Origin: Candidatus Bathyarchaeia archaeon
GTDB taxonomy: Archaea; Thermoproteota; Bathyarchaeia; Bathyarchaeales; Bathycorpusculaceae
DNA length: 19,678 nt
Direction of reading: 5' to 3'
Assembly: GCA_050010515.1 (NCBI GenBank)
Contig: JBEKKX010000040.1
Coordinates: 1-19,678, forward strand
Part shown: positions 18,031-19,678 of the stretch, piece after piece
How the letters are laid out: the number at the start of each line of letters is the position of its first letter
Position numbering within the stretch: position 1 is the stretch's first letter
Translations under genes and position numbers: made by a program
Notes under the pieces: model-generated
Database searches by the model: none
Told to the model about the DNA's origin: nothing
The model's input: the letters and a program-made list of their open reading frames with translations, nothing else

Positions 18031-18800
18031 ATGACCCCTAAAATAGAAATTGAGGGAAAATAACGGAGCTAACAAAAGACTCTGAGCTTGGCATCTGTTA
18101 TGAGTGCTTTACCAAAGACAGAGATTCTTCTCAAAAGAAAGTTTACCTCTGCGAAATATGCAAAAAGTGGTTTTGTGAACTACATCTTAAACCTAAGTTT
18201 CCTTATTTTGTAGATTGGGACACTGTTTTTGATGTTCAAGGTGACCCAAAAATAAAAGCCTTGTTTTATACTGAGTATAGGCAGGAAGATGGGCATCCAG
18301 ATTTCGTTTATTGGCGAAAAACCTTTGAAGCACTTGATATTGAAGAGAAAAGACGAAACGAATTGATAAAACAAGCAATGGATAGAATGATGTATCCTGA
18401 GAAGTATGTTACTATAGCACCTGTTGACCCTGAAGCTGATAGAAAGCAAAGAATTGACATGTTTGTCAGAGAAGAAAGCGAACTAAAGGAACAAACAGAA
18501 AAACCTATGGCTGTCACACCAGAGAAAAAACAGACTGGTAAACCGAAAGTTAGTAAAAACACGATAACATATGGCAATAAATATGGTCATCATTACATTG
18601 TTCCTGAAGAAATTTACTCAGTAGAACCGTTTCGTGAAAGATTGAATAGTGCTTCCACATTAGCAGAAGTAGAAAACATCATCAGGTCTTATCGCACTCA
18701 AGCATTGTATAGACCGATGAATGATGTTGAAGTGTCTTCTGAAGAAGAGACTGACACAAACAGACAAAAAAGCGGTAAAAAGAAACATTGGTGGCAATAG
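18031..18800 (+). CDS. AN1-like Zn-finger protein, probably frameshifted near its start
   Basis: The frame of ORF 18261-18800 is open back to 18054 and encodes CYEC-x14-CEIC-x4-CELH but has no ATG/GTG/TTG before 18261. The ATG 18031 mini-ORF (MTPKIEIEGK*) joins it by a -1 shift. Confidence 0.6.
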
Positions 18801-18905
18801 CGAATAAACTACCAAGCCAAAAACTTGGCGATGCAAAAACTTAAAACAGCTATCAGAAAATAATTAAGTTCTTGAAGATAGTAAACAGAGACAGAGGAAA
18901 TACTA

Positions 18906-19415
18906 ATGGTTTACAACCGCAGGCGAGGTACCGCTATAGTCGAGTTTCCCGAAGGCATTTTGGTTGTTAGTCAAGGCAGTGAATTATTTATGCTTGCAGG
19001 TGGTGGAGCAAACAAAGGCGAAAGTCGAAGAAAAGCTGCAATGCGAGAACTTCAAGAAGAAACAGGCTTAAAGCCTTTAGACTCTAAATATTTATTTTCC
19101 TATAAAGGCAGACTTCACAAAGACTTTAAGGGCAGGGGGTCTTTTCGAGATAACCACAAGGTCTTTTTAATCAAGGCAGACGGTACTCCCACGCCTCAAA
19201 GAGAAATTAAGCGCATAGCATTTTTCAAAGAAGGTTCTGGTCTGAAACTAGCATATTCTACAAAAGAAATCATTGAAAAGTTCTTGGCTATGAAAGGTGA
19301 GGGGTTCAAACCCGTGGATTGTGAGAAGTGCGGAGGAAGTACCTTTAAACCCTCAACAAAAATCGAAGGTGCACTCGAATGTGTACATTGTGGAAAATTA
19401 TATATAAAAAGCTGA
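18906..19415 (+). CDS. NUDIX hydrolase with C-terminal Zn ribbon
   Basis: Nudix box GGANKGESRRKAAMRELQEETGL; C-terminal CEKC...CVHC. Confidence 0.85.
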   Translation: MVYNRRRGTAIVEFPEGILVVSQGSELFMLAGGGANKGESRRKAAMRELQEETGLKPLDSKYLFSYKGRLHKDFKGRGSFRDNHKVFLIKADGTPTPQREIKRIAFFKEGSGLKLAYSTKEIIEKFLAMKGEGFKPVDCEKCGGSTFKPSTKIEGALECVHCGKLYIKS

Positions 19416-19501
19416 ATTAGAATAAGCCGCGCATCGCAAGTTTTCCTATGGTAAAAAGTCTTAAATCTGCATAGCGTAGAAATAGTCTATTGGTGTGACG
19501 A

Positions 19502-19678
19502 ATGCCCAAGAAAAGGAGCAACGATGACCCTTTTGGTTTTGGAAGCTTTGATTTAGGTTTGGAAAGTAGTTCAAATAGGGGTAAACGCTCAGAGAAACAA
19601 CGGAAAAGAGACCAAGTAGCCGAAAATAGAGAAACTGGATTACGAAAGCAAAGGTTAGATGAATCGGGTTATAGGCTA
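19502..19678 (+). CDS. Hypothetical protein, 3'-truncated by the window edge
   Basis: ATG 19502 behind a GGTGTGA RBS-like site and upstream AAAAAG-TCTTAAAT promoter-like motif. MPKKRSNDDPFGFGSFDLG... stays open to the end of the window. Confidence 0.6.
   Translation, partial: MPKKRSNDDPFGFGSFDLGLESSSNRGKRSEKQRKRDQVAENRETGLRKQRLDESGYRL

Noticed and set aside
121-18577. Short antisense or alternate-frame ORFs inside the called genes (e.g. 7793-8173, 9350-9697, 12414-12731, 17035-17289)
   Set aside because: Shadow ORFs overlapping well-supported genes, with no recognisable motifs.

Overview
Archaeal chromosomal window, most likely class Bathyarchaeia. That assignment is inferred from the gene mix: PKD, Kelch and beta-helix surface proteins with C-terminal anchors, PEF-CTERM, SmAP3-type Lsm, PAC2, PUA-less tgtA and archaeal glmM-glmU. 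Housekeeping genes (FlaK/PibD-type A24 peptidase, PfkB kinase, glmM, glmU, Lsm, PAC2, tgtA) alternate with accessory genes. Main observations not visible in the ORF track: (1) a ~155-bp MITE-like element with ~37-50-bp imperfect terminal inverted repeats sits between an unannotated signal peptide and the PKD domains of a PEF-CTERM surface protein, which also has a frameshift; (2) an AN1-like Zn-finger gene has no in-frame ATG/GTG/TTG start and joins an upstream ATG mini-ORF through a G_GGA_AAA-stop slippery heptamer, a candidate programmed -1 frameshift; (3) a wHTH plus nucleotidyltransferase TA-like pair converges on an orphan MNT; (4) a decayed gene relic carries 9-bp repeats and a hairpin; (5) a long structured hairpin follows tgtA. 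All assignments come from motif recognition by eye; no searches were run.
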